This document shows, piece by piece, positions 1 through 9,212 of a stretch of DNA of 64,000 bases. Source of the DNA: a virus (lineage: Duplodnaviria > Caudoviricetes); IMG/VR virus record IMGVR_UViG_3300032011_004028, positions 10,896-74,895 of that record; one strand, 5' to 3'. Every line of letters starts with the position of its first letter. Position 1 is the first letter of the stretch. The translations under genes and the position numbers were made by a program. The notes under the pieces are model-generated. The model saw only the letters and a list, made by a program, of their open reading frames with translations, made no database searches and was not told where the DNA came from.

Positions 1-642
1 CCACTCGTCTTTGTATTCAAAGGTTCTGTCTCTCTTAGACCATTGAGGGGTTCCTAGAACAATATCTGCTCCAGATTGGTAAAGCTGTTTTTTGAAGTTA
101 AAGGGGGCTAATGATATTTTTTTACGAGATAAAGTATTGTCTATAACCTGATGAGGGTTTATTACGTTAAAGTTTACCCCTTCAGTAGAAAACATTTTCA
201 TTGCTACTTGAGGAGAGCATAAGGCAATGTTATCAAAAGTCCCCCACTCAAGCGACGGGGCGTAGTAAGTGTCTTGTTTTATTTCTTCTGGTATTTCAAT
301 TTCGAGCAGCTCGCAATCGATTCTATGTCTTAATACAACCTTATAATCTAAAAAATTATCTACGTGAGAGATAAGCAGTTCAATACTCTTAAACATTCGA
401 TAATTATTCCCGCTCTGACCCCCTTGCGCTGCAGTTATGGGATCGATTAGATAAAAACTAACATCTAGGGATGATCGGTTGAGCTGTTTTTCTAGCTCTT
501 CTGCTTCAGGACTGCGATATGTTAGAATGTATACATCACAATTAACCGCGCCAACAGTTTCGATAGTGTTTTTAATATTCTTAAAAACTCTGTCGGTGTC
601 GGGTCGCACAACTCCAGTTATCAGAACGCAGATGTTTTTCAT
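1..642 (-). CDS. Glycosyltransferase-like / WavE-like hypothetical protein; 3' end runs off the window (absent from the ORF track)
   Basis: Manual translation from ATG at 642 is open to position 1 (MKNICVLITGVVRP...YKVVLRHRIDC...). The YxxVxRxRxD-type motif is typical of glycan-cluster proteins. The start is 2 nt from the upstream stop at 644. Confidence 0.65.
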   Translation of the reverse strand, partial: MKNICVLITGVVRPDTDRVFKNIKNTIETVGAVNCDVYILTYRSPEAEELEKQLNRSSLDVSFYLIDPITAAQGGQSGNNYRMFKSIELLISHVDNFLDYKVVLRHRIDCELLEIEIPEEIKQDTYYAPSLEWGTFDNIALCSPQVAMKMFSTEGVNFNVINPHQVIDNTLSRKKISLAPFNFKKQLYQSGADIVLGTPQWSKRDRTFEYKDEW

Positions 643-643
643 T

Positions 644-1036
644 TTAGCCTGATTCATTTCTTAATATTTTGTAAAACTCCTCTTTATTTCTGATGTATTC
701 GTCTTCATTGAAGTTTTCGGAGCAAAAACATAATAAAATAGTATCTTCCTCTTCATAAGTCTGTTCCGACCAAACTAATTTATCTAGAAAAAAACATTCG
801 TTAGGCAGTAAGGTCTCTTTATTAAAAACTCCTTCCACGGCCTCATTGTTTAAAGTTATTTTTCCCTTAAGACATATAAGAACTTGACTTTCTTCGCGGT
901 GGGCGTGGTATCCCCGGGTTTCTCCTTTGCCTACGCCGCTTACCACAAAAAACCTTTTAGGGCTAAAGGGAAAGTTTTGAAATTCTTGAACAACGAGTTG
1001 TCCTTTTGGTGATTTATTAACTTTGAGGGGTTTCAT
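644..1036 (-). CDS. fdtA: dTDP-4-keto-6-deoxyhexose 3,4-ketoisomerase (FdtA/QdtA/WxcM-like cupin)
   Basis: RGYHAHREESQVLICLKG cupin motif and C-terminal FNEDEYIRN. The start is moved from 1174 to the ATG at 1036, which forms an ATGA overlap with the upstream stop. Confidence 0.85.
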   Translation of the reverse strand: MKPLKVNKSPKGQLVVQEFQNFPFSPKRFFVVSGVGKGETRGYHAHREESQVLICLKGKITLNNEAVEGVFNKETLLPNECFFLDKLVWSEQTYEEEDTILLCFCSENFNEDEYIRNKEEFYKILRNESG

Positions 1037-1929
1037 TTTTTTAAAGATGCTGGAGGGGGAGTTCCGTAAGATTTTTTTTGCTCTTCTATTAATTTGTTTA
1101 AGTGTTTTTTTGCGGGACCTTGTAGGTGTAACCCGTTGAAAAGGATGAAGTCGCCCAGAACTTGATGGTAGCAATAAGGTTTGCCGTCATAAAATTTTAC
1201 ATCTTTGTGCTCGCCAGTGTGGTTGTAGACACCATCGTCTACATTAAAGTTGTGATCGTAAGCCGTTCCTCCGATTACGTGCATCATTTCCCCAATACGA
1301 CATGGTCCTCCGCCATCATCCGCATTATAGTGAAAGGCTTCGAGCAGTGTCATGTCACACACCCCTCCATTAAGGCCAAAATTTAAACGGGTGAGGTAAA
1401 CGTTTTTCATTTTAGCGAATTCGTAAGAATTTTTGTTTTGATAATGATTAAATACGAAATCACAAAACTTTTTCAAAGATTTTTGGGTTATAAAAGAAGA
1501 GGCCCCACACGAACGATGGACTAACGTCATTTCAAATTGGCTGTATTTGCGTTTGTACTCTTCCGTCACGTCTGTATAAATCATAACGTCCGTATCCGAA
1601 TGAAAAACAATAGGGAGGTCATTCTTTTCCATAAAATCCAAAAGTATAAACCATCGAAGAAAACAGATTAGTTCTATCTGAGCGTCGTTTGTGCTTAAGT
1701 TTTCATAATTCTTTTGAAAGGCGTTTACTGTTTCGGGCCAATAGTCTTTCAGGTGAGCATAAGAAAAGTTTTTATCTTCGATTTGAAGCTCTTCGTTAGA
1801 AATGAGACGTACCTCGTTTCCCGTTCGGAGGGCCTGCTCGCTGGTCGCCTTGAATATACCGTCACGAAAAGGTTCCACATGATTAGAGGGGCGATTGAAA
1901 TGTATAAAAACAACAGGGATATTTTTCAT
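1033..1929 (-). CDS. Putative GT-A fold glycosyltransferase
   Basis: HSDTDVMIY DxD motif, ICFLRWF, CDMTLL; position in the glycan operon. Confidence 0.55.
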   Translation of the reverse strand: MKNIPVVFIHFNRPSNHVEPFRDGIFKATSEQALRTGNEVRLISNEELQIEDKNFSYAHLKDYWPETVNAFQKNYENLSTNDAQIELICFLRWFILLDFMEKNDLPIVFHSDTDVMIYTDVTEEYKRKYSQFEMTLVHRSCGASSFITQKSLKKFCDFVFNHYQNKNSYEFAKMKNVYLTRLNFGLNGGVCDMTLLEAFHYNADDGGGPCRIGEMMHVIGGTAYDHNFNVDDGVYNHTGEHKDVKFYDGKPYCYHQVLGDFILFNGLHLQGPAKKHLNKLIEEQKKSYGTPPPASLKK

Positions 1930-2672
1930 TTAAGTTTCATGTAACAAATCCAAGTATAACTGCCGATTTCAGAATCGGTTTCAAATAAGGGATAATCACC
2001 GGTTTCACTACAGATAGAAGGAGGGGTCTCGTAGTCAGCCCAAGGATTTCCCCATCGAGTTTTTTCTTTACTAAAAATAGGGGGGAATTCTACGTATTCC
2101 TCTACCGTCCTTTCAAAGAGCATTTCTTCTTCTGGCTGAACGGTGTGAAAACTTTTTTGACCATTTGCGTCTAAAACATAAGGTCCTCCAGCTCTTATTT
2201 TCTTGGGGGAGAGGCAGTCCCCTTGGTTAGACGGGTAGTTGTCCTCACATACGATATGTTTGAAGGGGGAGTTTTTCAGGAAGACGAGTCTCTCTGCGAA
2301 GTTTTGGTGGTCGTCCAGAAAAACTAGAGCATCTTCCGGTCTAATCTTAGGGTTATCATTAAATACGGTATCCCAATTTATGTTCTTAATATCGTTTTGA
2401 ACGTAATTCACCTCTGGGTCTTTATAGACTAAATTGCCAAAGTCTACATCAAAGGAAAGAATATTAACTTGAGGCAACGCTTGTTTCATTAGCCATGTAC
2501 CCTGTCCTTTCCATACGCCGCTCTCTACTATTAATAAGGGTTTAAGTTTTCTTAAAAGGTTAAAAGTGGCAAAAAGGTGGGGCGACTTCATTCCTCCTTC
2601 ATTGTCGTCTATAGGACGTCTCTCGTAAAGATCGTGAAACTCTTTTAGATATTTAGTATAATCTATCTCCAT
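1926..2672 (-). CDS. Putative class I SAM-dependent methyltransferase (glycan O-methyltransferase-like)
   Basis: LIVESGVWKGQGTW motif I, ILSFDVDF motif II, VFLDDH. Confidence 0.6.
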   Translation of the reverse strand: MEIDYTKYLKEFHDLYERRPIDDNEGGMKSPHLFATFNLLRKLKPLLIVESGVWKGQGTWLMKQALPQVNILSFDVDFGNLVYKDPEVNYVQNDIKNINWDTVFNDNPKIRPEDALVFLDDHQNFAERLVFLKNSPFKHIVCEDNYPSNQGDCLSPKKIRAGGPYVLDANGQKSFHTVQPEEEMLFERTVEEYVEFPPIFSKEKTRWGNPWADYETPPSICSETGDYPLFETDSEIGSYTWICYMKLK

Positions 2673-2674
2673 GA

Positions 2675-3814
2675 TTAAGATCTAAAGCTATTTATTGCAT
2701 TTATTATATGCTCTACTTGAGCGTTTGACAAAAAAGGATGCATAGGCAAGCTTAAAAGCTTGTCAGCAAACTCATCGGTATTGGTGGGTGGCCCCGAAAA
2801 ATACTCGGCACGATCTTTCAGGCCTTCAAAAGGGGCGCTTTTGTAGGGGGGAATGGGGTAATGAATCAGGGTTGGAACTTTACGTTCGTTTAAGTGATTT
2901 TGTATAGCTTCCCTTTCGTCAACTAGAAGGGGGTATATGTGGTAAGAATTACGCGTAACATGGGGAGCGTTTTTTGGAGTAACTACGTAGGATGAGTTGA
3001 TTCCTTCGGCGTATTTGTTGGCAATCTCCTTTCTTTTCAAATTCCATCTATCAAGGTGAGGAAGTTTATGTTTTAAAAAAACGGCCTGAATGGGATCTAA
3101 ACGATTATTCCATCCTATATCATTATTGTGGTATTTTTTAGGTGACCCATAATTTCTTAACTCACAAATCTTTTTGTAATAATCCGGGTTATCTGTTGTT
3201 ATGATTCCCGCGTCTCCCATCGCCCCTAGGTTCTTACCGGGATACAGGGAATAAACGCATAAATCAGCGTAAGACCCGACCATTTCGTCATCACTTAATG
3301 CTCCATGCGCTTGGGAAGCGTCTTCTACGATTTTACAATTATATTTATCAGCTAAACATTTGAGTTTTTGTATGTGAACGGGGTGCCCGTAAAGATGAAC
3401 CGCCAGTATAATACAATTATTATACTTTTTCCGCCACCGCTTCAAATGCTTTTCTACCTTATCTAAGTCGAGCTGAAAGAAATTATCACAATCGATTAAA
3501 GATATATCAAAGTTACCCTGCGTTTGGTGAGCCACTCCTAATACATCTGCAATGTAGCCGTTAGCTGGCATAATAACGTCAGTAGAATCCTTGTAAAATT
3601 CAAACGATTGGATTGCTAATTTAAGACCATCTGTACCGTTGGATACACCGGCCGCATATTTACGCCCAGTATAGCAAGCGAACGCCTCCTCGAACTCCTC
3701 AAGAGCCTCCCCTCCTATATACATTCCAGAGTCTAATAATTTTTCAAGCGAAGGAGCGCAGTTGTCCTTGATTTCTTTCCACTGACTGGCTAAATCATTA
3801 AATAGTATCTTCAT
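2675..3814 (-). CDS. fdtB: DegT/DnrJ/EryC1/StrS PLP-dependent sugar aminotransferase (FdtB/QdtB-like)
   Basis: VSNGTDGL, AVHLYGHP, IVEDASQAHGA, SLYPGKNLGAMGDAG (PLP lysine), NNRLDPIQA, LSLPMHP. Confidence 0.9.
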   Translation of the reverse strand: MKILFNDLASQWKEIKDNCAPSLEKLLDSGMYIGGEALEEFEEAFACYTGRKYAAGVSNGTDGLKLAIQSFEFYKDSTDVIMPANGYIADVLGVAHQTQGNFDISLIDCDNFFQLDLDKVEKHLKRWRKKYNNCIILAVHLYGHPVHIQKLKCLADKYNCKIVEDASQAHGALSDDEMVGSYADLCVYSLYPGKNLGAMGDAGIITTDNPDYYKKICELRNYGSPKKYHNNDIGWNNRLDPIQAVFLKHKLPHLDRWNLKRKEIANKYAEGINSSYVVTPKNAPHVTRNSYHIYPLLVDEREAIQNHLNERKVPTLIHYPIPPYKSAPFEGLKDRAEYFSGPPTNTDEFADKLLSLPMHPFLSNAQVEHIINAINSFRS

Positions 3815-3818
3815 TATA

Positions 3819-4637
3819 TTACCAATAGCATCCGTTTTCTACGAGAGATTGATTTTCTGGAGTTTCTTCTTTTGACGGGCGAATCCAGCTGTCATTAATA
3901 AACTTAGATATATCCTCGTGATCATCCCATCTGGCGCCCTTTATTCCGAATAAAATTTGCGTGCCTCCTCCCATGTGAATCCCCGAAATCCCCTTTGTTT
4001 TTAATTTATGAATAAGGGGCAGTGCAAAAGCCCCCGCTCCCACAATCACAATATCGGGATCAAAATCGACACATTTATTATATAGGTCGTCTAACGCCTC
4101 AAACCAATCACTATACTCACTCTTTCTCATGCTGTGAAAAGGAGATTTCACCACGGAAAGGTTGAAGGCGGGAAGAGTATTTTTACTTCCCCACACCTTA
4201 TCTCTTCGCTCGTACTGAGACAAGACGCTTTTATCAAATGGAGTCACAACAGTAACAGACTTGCCTTCTAGGGCCGTACTCCATCCTTCTTCAAAGTAGT
4301 AAGGTTCTAAAGACCTCATGGGACAAGTAGAAAAATTTGAATTGCCCAGCGAAACAAATTCTTCATCTCTGTCTATCCAGCTTGCGAGAATATCCAAGCT
4401 TGAAGTAGATTCAATGTAGAGATCCAAAAAAGAATTCAATACATCGGTTTGGTCGGGGAAAACTCCAGCATTCACGGTAAGTAGCTGTCGAATATGAGGG
4501 GGGAAAGGGACTTTCGCTAATTTAACCTGTACTCCGAGAAATTCTGACATTCCCAATTTCCCTGCCGAAAAAACTTCACCGGAAAGAATTTTATTTTTTA
4601 CAACAAGGTTTCCTTTTAGTTGTCCTGCGTCACTCAT
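3819..4637 (-). CDS. Conserved glycan-cluster protein, possible GT-D-like fold
   Basis: C-terminal IVIVGAGAFALPL...GIHMGGGTQILFGIKGARWD is recalled from polysaccharide-locus hypotheticals. The fold is an inference. Confidence 0.45.
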   Translation of the reverse strand: MSDAGQLKGNLVVKNKILSGEVFSAGKLGMSEFLGVQVKLAKVPFPPHIRQLLTVNAGVFPDQTDVLNSFLDLYIESTSSLDILASWIDRDEEFVSLGNSNFSTCPMRSLEPYYFEEGWSTALEGKSVTVVTPFDKSVLSQYERRDKVWGSKNTLPAFNLSVVKSPFHSMRKSEYSDWFEALDDLYNKCVDFDPDIVIVGAGAFALPLIHKLKTKGISGIHMGGGTQILFGIKGARWDDHEDISKFINDSWIRPSKEETPENQSLVENGCYW

Positions 4638-5517
4638 TATTTATTTGCTGCCGCTCTTTGTTGATTCTTTCTCTTAGAGGCTTGAGGTCCTCCTCTATAG
4701 CTTCTGGATGCTTCCCTTCGAAGGGTTTTGTAAAGCATTCCCCTCTTACTTCAGGCTTAAATTCGTGAACCCCGTGGTATACCTGTTCTATTATACTCCT
4801 TTCTTCCGGTAAATGAGCGTTTATCCAAGGTAAATAAATTTTTTCAAAATAATTGTCAATACAGTTTTCTTTACTGACTTTAGCTTTATAGTATTGTATT
4901 TTATTGTAAACCTGAAGAGGAAAAGTATAAGAGTAATGGTACATTTGCACCCCTGTCAAAGCTAAGAAAAATTCGCTATCTATATGCTTTTCTTCTATAG
5001 GGGTCGAGTGACCCATTGTCGGTGGGCGGTGGGTCAACCATTTACTGCCCGGGGTTACTTTAAAAATCCTCAAAAAGTTATCCTTATTAAGTTCAAACCC
5101 AGTTAAATAATCATCAAACCCTCCAAAAAAAGAACAGCTTCTTACTCCAACACTTGTAGGCTGTACCTCTTTAAGAAAGTTAATAGTGGATTCAATGTCA
5201 TCGGTTTTGTAAATCTCGTCACTGTCAACCATCCATAAAAAGTCAGTGTCAGGGGCCAAGTTCTGCATATAAGCGTTGCACTGCTCATCTTTCCCTGAGT
5301 ATTGACCATGGGTCACTATAATCTTATTATCGGGATCGGGAAAGTTCTTAAGAATAGAGTTAGTTTTATCCGTGGAGGTTGTTCTTCCTTGATCTTGCCA
5401 ATATTTTACCGGTCCTTCGGCAATTAAAATTTGAGAGGCAAAAGGATAGATTTGTTTTAAACATTGTTGAAGGACGAAATCGCCCTCAAAAACAATCATA
5501 GCAAAGGCAATCTTCAT
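4630..5517 (-). CDS. GT2-like glycosyltransferase
   Basis: N-terminal IAFAMIVFEGDFVLQQCLKQIYPFASQILIAEG, DFLWMVDSDEIY DxD motif, MYHYSY. Confidence 0.75.
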   Translation of the reverse strand: MKIAFAMIVFEGDFVLQQCLKQIYPFASQILIAEGPVKYWQDQGRTTSTDKTNSILKNFPDPDNKIIVTHGQYSGKDEQCNAYMQNLAPDTDFLWMVDSDEIYKTDDIESTINFLKEVQPTSVGVRSCSFFGGFDDYLTGFELNKDNFLRIFKVTPGSKWLTHRPPTMGHSTPIEEKHIDSEFFLALTGVQMYHYSYTFPLQVYNKIQYYKAKVSKENCIDNYFEKIYLPWINAHLPEERSIIEQVYHGVHEFKPEVRGECFTKPFEGKHPEAIEEDLKPLRERINKERQQINNE

Positions 5518-6383
5518 TTTTTATAATAAGGTTTAATTTTGGAGAGGTAGTCCATATAAAAATGCCTAACGACAGGCATTTTAAATATTTCAAAATTAAA
5601 AGTATGATCGGCGTACCATCCTGATGTAGGGCTTATATCACCTGTTTTTTCATCGATTGACAAACGGGAGAAATGGTTAAAAACTAAAGGCTGTTCTTTA
5701 TCGCCCCATATAATAGTACCTTTAGAGGGGTAAGTGTCATAACAATAAAGCCTAAAGTTCCAAGGGGCTCCGTGGGCAAAAGTTTTGTCTAGAATAGCTA
5801 CCGAGTCGCCATATATTTTAGGAAATTCTTCAAGATATTTTTGGTCACCAATAGTGGCTAAGTCGGGCCTCTTTTCTAATAACATTGTCTCATTCCACCA
5901 TCTAGCGCATGACTTACCGTCTTCATCATTGTTAAAATAAACTATGCCTACGTTAAACTCTCCATCAGGAGAAAGAGAAGTATTGTGACGGTGACGTATT
6001 ATTCCTATACTAGAATCTTTTATTTCATCATATACTATTTGGATGTCTTGATAAAAAAGAATATCCGAATCAATATAAAGAATATGCGATGTTTCTTCTT
6101 TTTCTAAAAGATGACGACAGAAAGTTGAAGCGAGGGACCAGCAGTACTCGTTATACGGTTTCTTTTTTTTATAGTTGACAGAGAGTGGGTTAAAATCTTC
6201 TACTTCAGAAAGTTTTATCCTTTGAACTGAAGCTTCATTTTCTAACGCATTAAAAGATTCGTCATCAAGGCATAAGAAAAATAGGGTGAATTCAGAAGAG
6301 GTGGTAGATCTTAGGGAGTCTAAAAGAGCTCTGCCGAAAGGTAAATATTTCTTATCAACTATAGTGCAAAAAAATTTATTCAT
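5514..6383 (-). CDS. GT-A fold glycosyltransferase (GT8-like)
   Basis: FCTIVDKKYL, ILYIDSDILFY, FNVGIVYF, GDQKYLEEFP, FNHFS. Confidence 0.75.
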   Translation of the reverse strand: MNKFFCTIVDKKYLPFGRALLDSLRSTTSSEFTLFFLCLDDESFNALENEASVQRIKLSEVEDFNPLSVNYKKKKPYNEYCWSLASTFCRHLLEKEETSHILYIDSDILFYQDIQIVYDEIKDSSIGIIRHRHNTSLSPDGEFNVGIVYFNNDEDGKSCARWWNETMLLEKRPDLATIGDQKYLEEFPKIYGDSVAILDKTFAHGAPWNFRLYCYDTYPSKGTIIWGDKEQPLVFNHFSRLSIDEKTGDISPTSGWYADHTFNFEIFKMPVVRHFYMDYLSKIKPYYKK

Positions 6384-7287
6384 TTGTAAAATTAAAAAGC
6401 TGCCCGGCTTTTGATGGCTCCCAGCTTAAAGTGTCTCTTATTTTTTTTGAAGAAATCTTGTAGCGTAAATCTTGACCAAGACGATTCTCAATAAACTGTA
6501 TATGGTTTTCGTAGTCAGATATATCAAACCATCCACAAACTTCTTTAACTACTTCTATGTTATTAAGATGGTGGTAGGCTGATATATTCCAAATATTATT
6601 AATCTGTTCAGAGAAGCAAACTTTGTAGATAGCCGCCGCATTATCCTCTACGTATAACCAGTCCCTATAGTATAGGCCATCTCCATGCATGGGTATCTTG
6701 GATTTTTCTGTAATAGATTTTATTATCCGGGGTATGAGTTTTTCAGGGTATTGTCGCGGCCCATAATTATTACTGCTTCTTGTTATTTGATAATCTATAC
6801 CATACGTTCTTCCCCAAGCTAGAACTAACATATCGGCCGCTGCTTTACTGGCCGCGTAAGGGTTGCTTGGTGTTAATACGTCATCTTCAGTTCTGCCTAA
6901 TACTTCTGAATCGTAATCTCCATAAACTTCATCCGTACTTACATGCACAAAAAGAGGCCTGTCATAAGGCTTCCCTCGGAGAAGATTTAGTAAGTTCAAT
7001 GTTCCCTTAACGTTTGTTTCTACGAAAACATTTGGCGACGCTATAGCGTTATCCACGTGGCTCTCGGCTGCAAAATTAACTATGATATCGCATAGAGGTA
7101 GATGATCTATGTCTTTTATATCTTTTTCAATAAAAGTATAATTAGGGTGGTCATCCCAAGGAAGAGATCTACTAGCCGCGTAAGTAAGTTTATCAACATC
7201 AATAACGCTGTGGCCGTTTTTGAGGCAGAGTTCGACAAAATAACTACCGATAAAACCTCTGCCACCTGTAACTAGAAAAGTTTTCAT
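6376..7287 (-). CDS. rmlB: dTDP-glucose 4,6-dehydratase
   Basis: LVTGGRGFIGS, DKLTYA, NFAAESHVD, VSTDEVYG, PSNPYAASKAA, SNNYGPRQYPEKLIP, RDWLYVED, RLGQDLRY. Confidence 0.93.
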   Translation of the reverse strand: MKTFLVTGGRGFIGSYFVELCLKNGHSVIDVDKLTYAASRSLPWDDHPNYTFIEKDIKDIDHLPLCDIIVNFAAESHVDNAIASPNVFVETNVKGTLNLLNLLRGKPYDRPLFVHVSTDEVYGDYDSEVLGRTEDDVLTPSNPYAASKAAADMLVLAWGRTYGIDYQITRSSNNYGPRQYPEKLIPRIIKSITEKSKIPMHGDGLYYRDWLYVEDNAAAIYKVCFSEQINNIWNISAYHHLNNIEVVKEVCGWFDISDYENHIQFIENRLGQDLRYKISSKKIRDTLSWEPSKAGQLFNFTNE

Positions 7288-7302
7288 TTGTAATAAATCT
7301 TT

Positions 7303-8031
7303 CTACATGTTCCTTTCATGAAACTTGCGCCTAACTTCTTCTTCTTCCTTAGCTTTCCATTCGTTGGTTTCTTTATTGGTAGACATACCAGCCGGGTTCA
7401 TGTAATAAAGACCTAGTGGAGCGTTAATTTTTCCAAATTTAGCTCCGTTCTCTAAAAAGCGCAACCACATATCTAGGTCTCCTGCTGATTTATACTTGTG
7501 GCTAAACATGCCACTCTTTTCGTGAAGACTTTTCTTCCAAAGGGGATTATTGTGGGGGGCTCCTCGGTTTAGAATTGCATCCAAAGAGGCATCAGGTGGA
7601 GAAGGGTATACTCCTATAGCTGTGTTATTTTCAAAGGTTTCGTTGGGCGACTGCGTAACTAAAATGTCTCCATATATTACATCAGCTTTAGAGTTGTCCT
7701 CCATTACTTTTAAATGTATCTCTAAGGACTTAACGCTCTTCCGGTCATCAACATTAGCATTAGTGAGAAACTGTCCTCGAGACATTTCTATCGCAGTGTT
7801 CCAGCAAGCGTAAATACCGGGGTCTTTATCTAATCTAGAATAAACAATATTCGGATATTTTTTTTGATATTCTAGAATAATATCCTTTTCATTATCTGGG
7901 GAATTAGCATCTACGATTATTAACTCACACTTTTCTTCAAAGATGGTTTGGTTGACTATGTCTTCCAAGAAGCCTTTAATATAAGCTCCCCCTTTGTAAA
8001 GGGAAGTTATTATAGAAATTTTAGGATTCAT
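7303..8031 (-). CDS. GT2 family glycosyltransferase
   Basis: ISIITSLYKG, ELIIVDANSPD, GIYACWN, FLTNANVDD, AGDLDMWLR. Confidence 0.85.
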   Translation of the reverse strand: MNPKISIITSLYKGGAYIKGFLEDIVNQTIFEEKCELIIVDANSPDNEKDIILEYQKKYPNIVYSRLDKDPGIYACWNTAIEMSRGQFLTNANVDDRKSVKSLEIHLKVMEDNSKADVIYGDILVTQSPNETFENNTAIGVYPSPPDASLDAILNRGAPHNNPLWKKSLHEKSGMFSHKYKSAGDLDMWLRFLENGAKFGKINAPLGLYYMNPAGMSTNKETNEWKAKEEEEVRRKFHERNM

Positions 8032-8875
8032 TTCTTCTTATTTCACTAATGAAATCAGCAAAAGTTTCTCTTTTGAGTCTCATTTTGTTTATCAAATCTT
8101 TTCCGCTAAGAGTGTACCAATCTTCATAAGAAGCCCCTATTAATTCATTTGTCACCACTTCCACGTTCATCATTTTAGCTTCAAGTACGAGCCTGCAGCA
8201 AGTTTCGGGCGTTGTAGGATGGAATACTAGCTTTGAGTAGCTGGACAACTTATTTAAAAAAGATTTATAATCGGGATCTTTAATAATGTCAAAGTTCCAC
8301 TGTTTATCTTTACAGAATTGAGCTGAAGCTTGGGTGCCTTTTTGGGGGTATGGAGATTCTATTACGACGGACCGATCATTTTTCTCCTTATCGCAATGGC
8401 TCTCTAGTAGGTCTAGACTCTCTTCAGACCAGAGATTGCCGGAAAAATTGACAGTTTTAAGTGGGCGCTCAAGATTTCTATCATAAATATCTTTTTGAAA
8501 TTGAGTCTGGCAGATAATCCTATGAGCGTTCCAGTGAAAATCTACATTAATCAATTCATTTGGGGAAACGTGAAAATTAGGATAAAGGGCTGGGTTAGTA
8601 TGCTGGACGAACTTGTAATCGTGACAGTAAAGAATATATTTGCAGTTTTTCTGTATCAGGTCTCTTAACTCGGGATTAACCCCGAAAAAGTTGGATATTA
8701 TAAAAAAAGAATCGAGGTTCTCTTGGATGAACCCCTCGTACAGATAGCGACTTTTTATTTTGTAAACATCAAAGCGTTTCGATAAGAGCTTGAATATCTC
8801 CTCGTCGTTTAAAGCTGCGCCACCTACGAAATCATCGATAAAAAAGTCACTAACTAATATAATCTTGTCATTCAA
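8021..8875 (-). CDS. GT-B/GT4-like glycosyltransferase (degenerate)
   Basis: GGAALND at the N terminus; LVFHPTTPETCCRLVLEAKMMNVEVVT resembles the GT4 ExFGxxxxEA motif. Confidence 0.6.
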   Translation of the reverse strand: MNDKIILVSDFFIDDFVGGAALNDEEIFKLLSKRFDVYKIKSRYLYEGFIQENLDSFFIISNFFGVNPELRDLIQKNCKYILYCHDYKFVQHTNPALYPNFHVSPNELINVDFHWNAHRIICQTQFQKDIYDRNLERPLKTVNFSGNLWSEESLDLLESHCDKEKNDRSVVIESPYPQKGTQASAQFCKDKQWNFDIIKDPDYKSFLNKLSSYSKLVFHPTTPETCCRLVLEAKMMNVEVVTNELIGASYEDWYTLSGKDLINKMRLKRETFADFISEIRRNES

Positions 8876-9212
8876 ATTTACTTGGGTCTTTAGGGTGTTT
8901 TTTTCCCTTTCGTCTTTCAGCGTAGTCTTTGAAGTATTGCTGTTGGACGGGGTCTCTCCCTTCTTTATCTTTCCTTTTCTCAGAAAGCTCTTTGGAGCGA
9001 TCCCACATTTCTCCTACGTTCTGGACTTTCGCTTTTTCCCTGAAATCTTTAGCTGAATAAGGGTCTATTTTGGTGTCTATGGAAGCCTGAGGGATAGTGT
9101 AAACACGATTATAAGTAATATCATCAACTTGGTAAACGTGCTCTTCATGAATACTCTGCCAAACAGTTATCTGTTCGCCACTGTCAGGATGTTCATAGAT
9201 GTATTCAGGCAT
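8868..9212 (-). CDS. FmdB-like small phage protein lacking the zinc-ribbon cysteines
   Basis: MPEYIYEHPDSGEQITVWQSIHE parallels the FmdB-type MPxYxYxCxxCG start; coupled 8-nt overlaps on both sides. Confidence 0.45.
   Translation of the reverse strand: MPEYIYEHPDSGEQITVWQSIHEEHVYQVDDITYNRVYTIPQASIDTKIDPYSAKDFREKAKVQNVGEMWDRSKELSEKRKDKEGRDPVQQQYFKDYAERRKGKKHPKDPSKFE

Noticed and set aside
1037-1174. N-terminal extension of the FdtA ORF in the track
   Set aside because: It overlaps the upstream gene by 140 nt and is low-complexity; the ATG at 1036 gives a normal-length cupin with ATGA coupling.
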